64,000 bases of DNA from TPA_inf: Saccharomyces. Taxonomy: Eukaryota. The position numbers and the translations under genes were made by a program. Positions 63,299 through 64,000 of this stretch are shown piece by piece; position 1 is the stretch's first letter, and every line of letters starts with the position of its first letter. The notes under the pieces are model-generated. The model had not been told where the DNA came from, ran no database searches, and saw only the letters and a list, made by a program, of their open reading frames with translations. The stretch covers positions 64,001-128,000 of the forward strand of contig BK006936.2 of assembly GCA_000146045.2 (NCBI GenBank), written 5' to 3'.

Positions 63299-63610
63299 AT
63301 GATTCTTTTTAAGAATCTGGTCTTTCTTCCTTCTATTTTGATTGGGTATATTTCTATTCGTGTTTCATTACTGGTCTGGGTTAATTGGGTTTTGGTTTGG
63401 TCCAGTTGTTTTCAAGTAGCCTTTATTTTTTCATTGTGGTATTTTATCTTATCGATTTATACTTTTTTTTATTCAAAGAAAATTAAACAGATAATCTCTT
63501 ATGAGCCTAGCTACTTTGTTTTTTCTTACAGGGCCATTGACTTATGCCCTGAACGAGTCTTACTTTACTTTTTTTGTATTTTCAATAATGTCGTGTTTCC
63601 CATGTTGTAA
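63299..63610 (+). CDS. YBL048W: Dubious ORF YBL048W (I recall this being named RRT1)
   Basis: 103-aa ATG ORF, hydrophobic and low complexity, with no domain. Confidence 0.2.
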   Translation: MILFKNLVFLPSILIGYISIRVSLLVWVNWVLVWSSCFQVAFIFSLWYFILSIYTFFYSKKIKQIISYEPSYFVFSYRAIDLCPERVLLYFFCIFNNVVFPML

Positions 63611-63894
63611 TACGCCCAAAGATTATGTGGTAGAGCTTTTTTTTTTTTTGGTTAGTGTATTTACCAAACTGGGATGATTTTCAAAACTTATGAAGCAGTT
63701 TCAATACATAACTGTCTAACGTAAAAATTTTATAAAATGGAAAAATAGATGATGATAACTATAACAATTTTAAAGTACAACATATTCTACTTTTAGAATA
63801 ATTCACAATATACAAGGACGATCCTGGAAAAGGGTAAATATGATTCAGCTTCGAGGAAGAAGTACAAAAAGAAGACGAAATGGTCCATTACAGA

Positions 63895-64000
63895 CTAAGC
63901 ACTATCCAACAAAAAGTTAGTGGCGGCTTCTAGATCCCAGTTGCACTTTTCCAAGGCATTGTGCGCTTCTTCTTCAGTAAATCCCATGCCACTTAACTCC
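63895..64000 (-). CDS. EDE1: EDE1, endocytic scaffold. Only the C-terminal UBA domain is in the window.
   Basis: The minus strand reads ...ELSGMGFTEEEAHNALEKCNWDLEAATNFLLDSA* with the stop (TAG) at 63897..63895. The ORF continues beyond the window end. Confidence 0.8.
   Translation of the reverse strand, partial: ELSGMGFTEEEAHNALEKCNWDLEAATNFLLDSA

Overview
This window is a gene-dense nuclear segment of Saccharomyces cerevisiae, chromosome II left arm, running from the 3' part of BOI1 (YBL085W) to the 3' end of EDE1 (YBL047C). I identified every gene from memory of the protein sequences in the ORF track plus direct inspection of the DNA. No database search was run. Gene order and protein lengths match the S288C reference, with no gaps or insertions. 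In order: BOI1, CDC27, ALG3, YBL081W, PET112, NUP170, ATG8, ILS1, SSA3, AAR2, snR56 (candidate), RPS8A, KTI11, AST1, PRS4, UBP13, SEF1, PRX1, KIP1, SKT5, YEL1, CMC2, YBL059W, SHP1, PTH2, PTC3, YBL055C, TOD6, SAS3, PIN4, SEC17, MOH1, EDE1, plus the known dubious overlapping ORFs. The supplied ORF track appears to accept TTG and GTG as starts; I re-anchored several starts on the true ATG. The track misses the first exons of three spliced genes (CMC2, YBL059W, SEC17) and one C/D-box snoRNA (snR56). I found no tRNA genes, Ty or LTR elements, CRISPR arrays, or foreign or novel gene cluster. This is an ordinary, well-characterised core chromosomal region. The observations worth a second look are regulatory or structural: PAC and RRPE motifs in the TOD6 promoter, a perfect URS1 site and a GC-only palindrome in the PRX1-KIP1 intergenic region, a 54-bp head-to-head arrangement of two spliced mitochondrial genes, a non-consensus GUAUGC 5' splice site, coding microsatellites and several very tightly convergent gene pairs.
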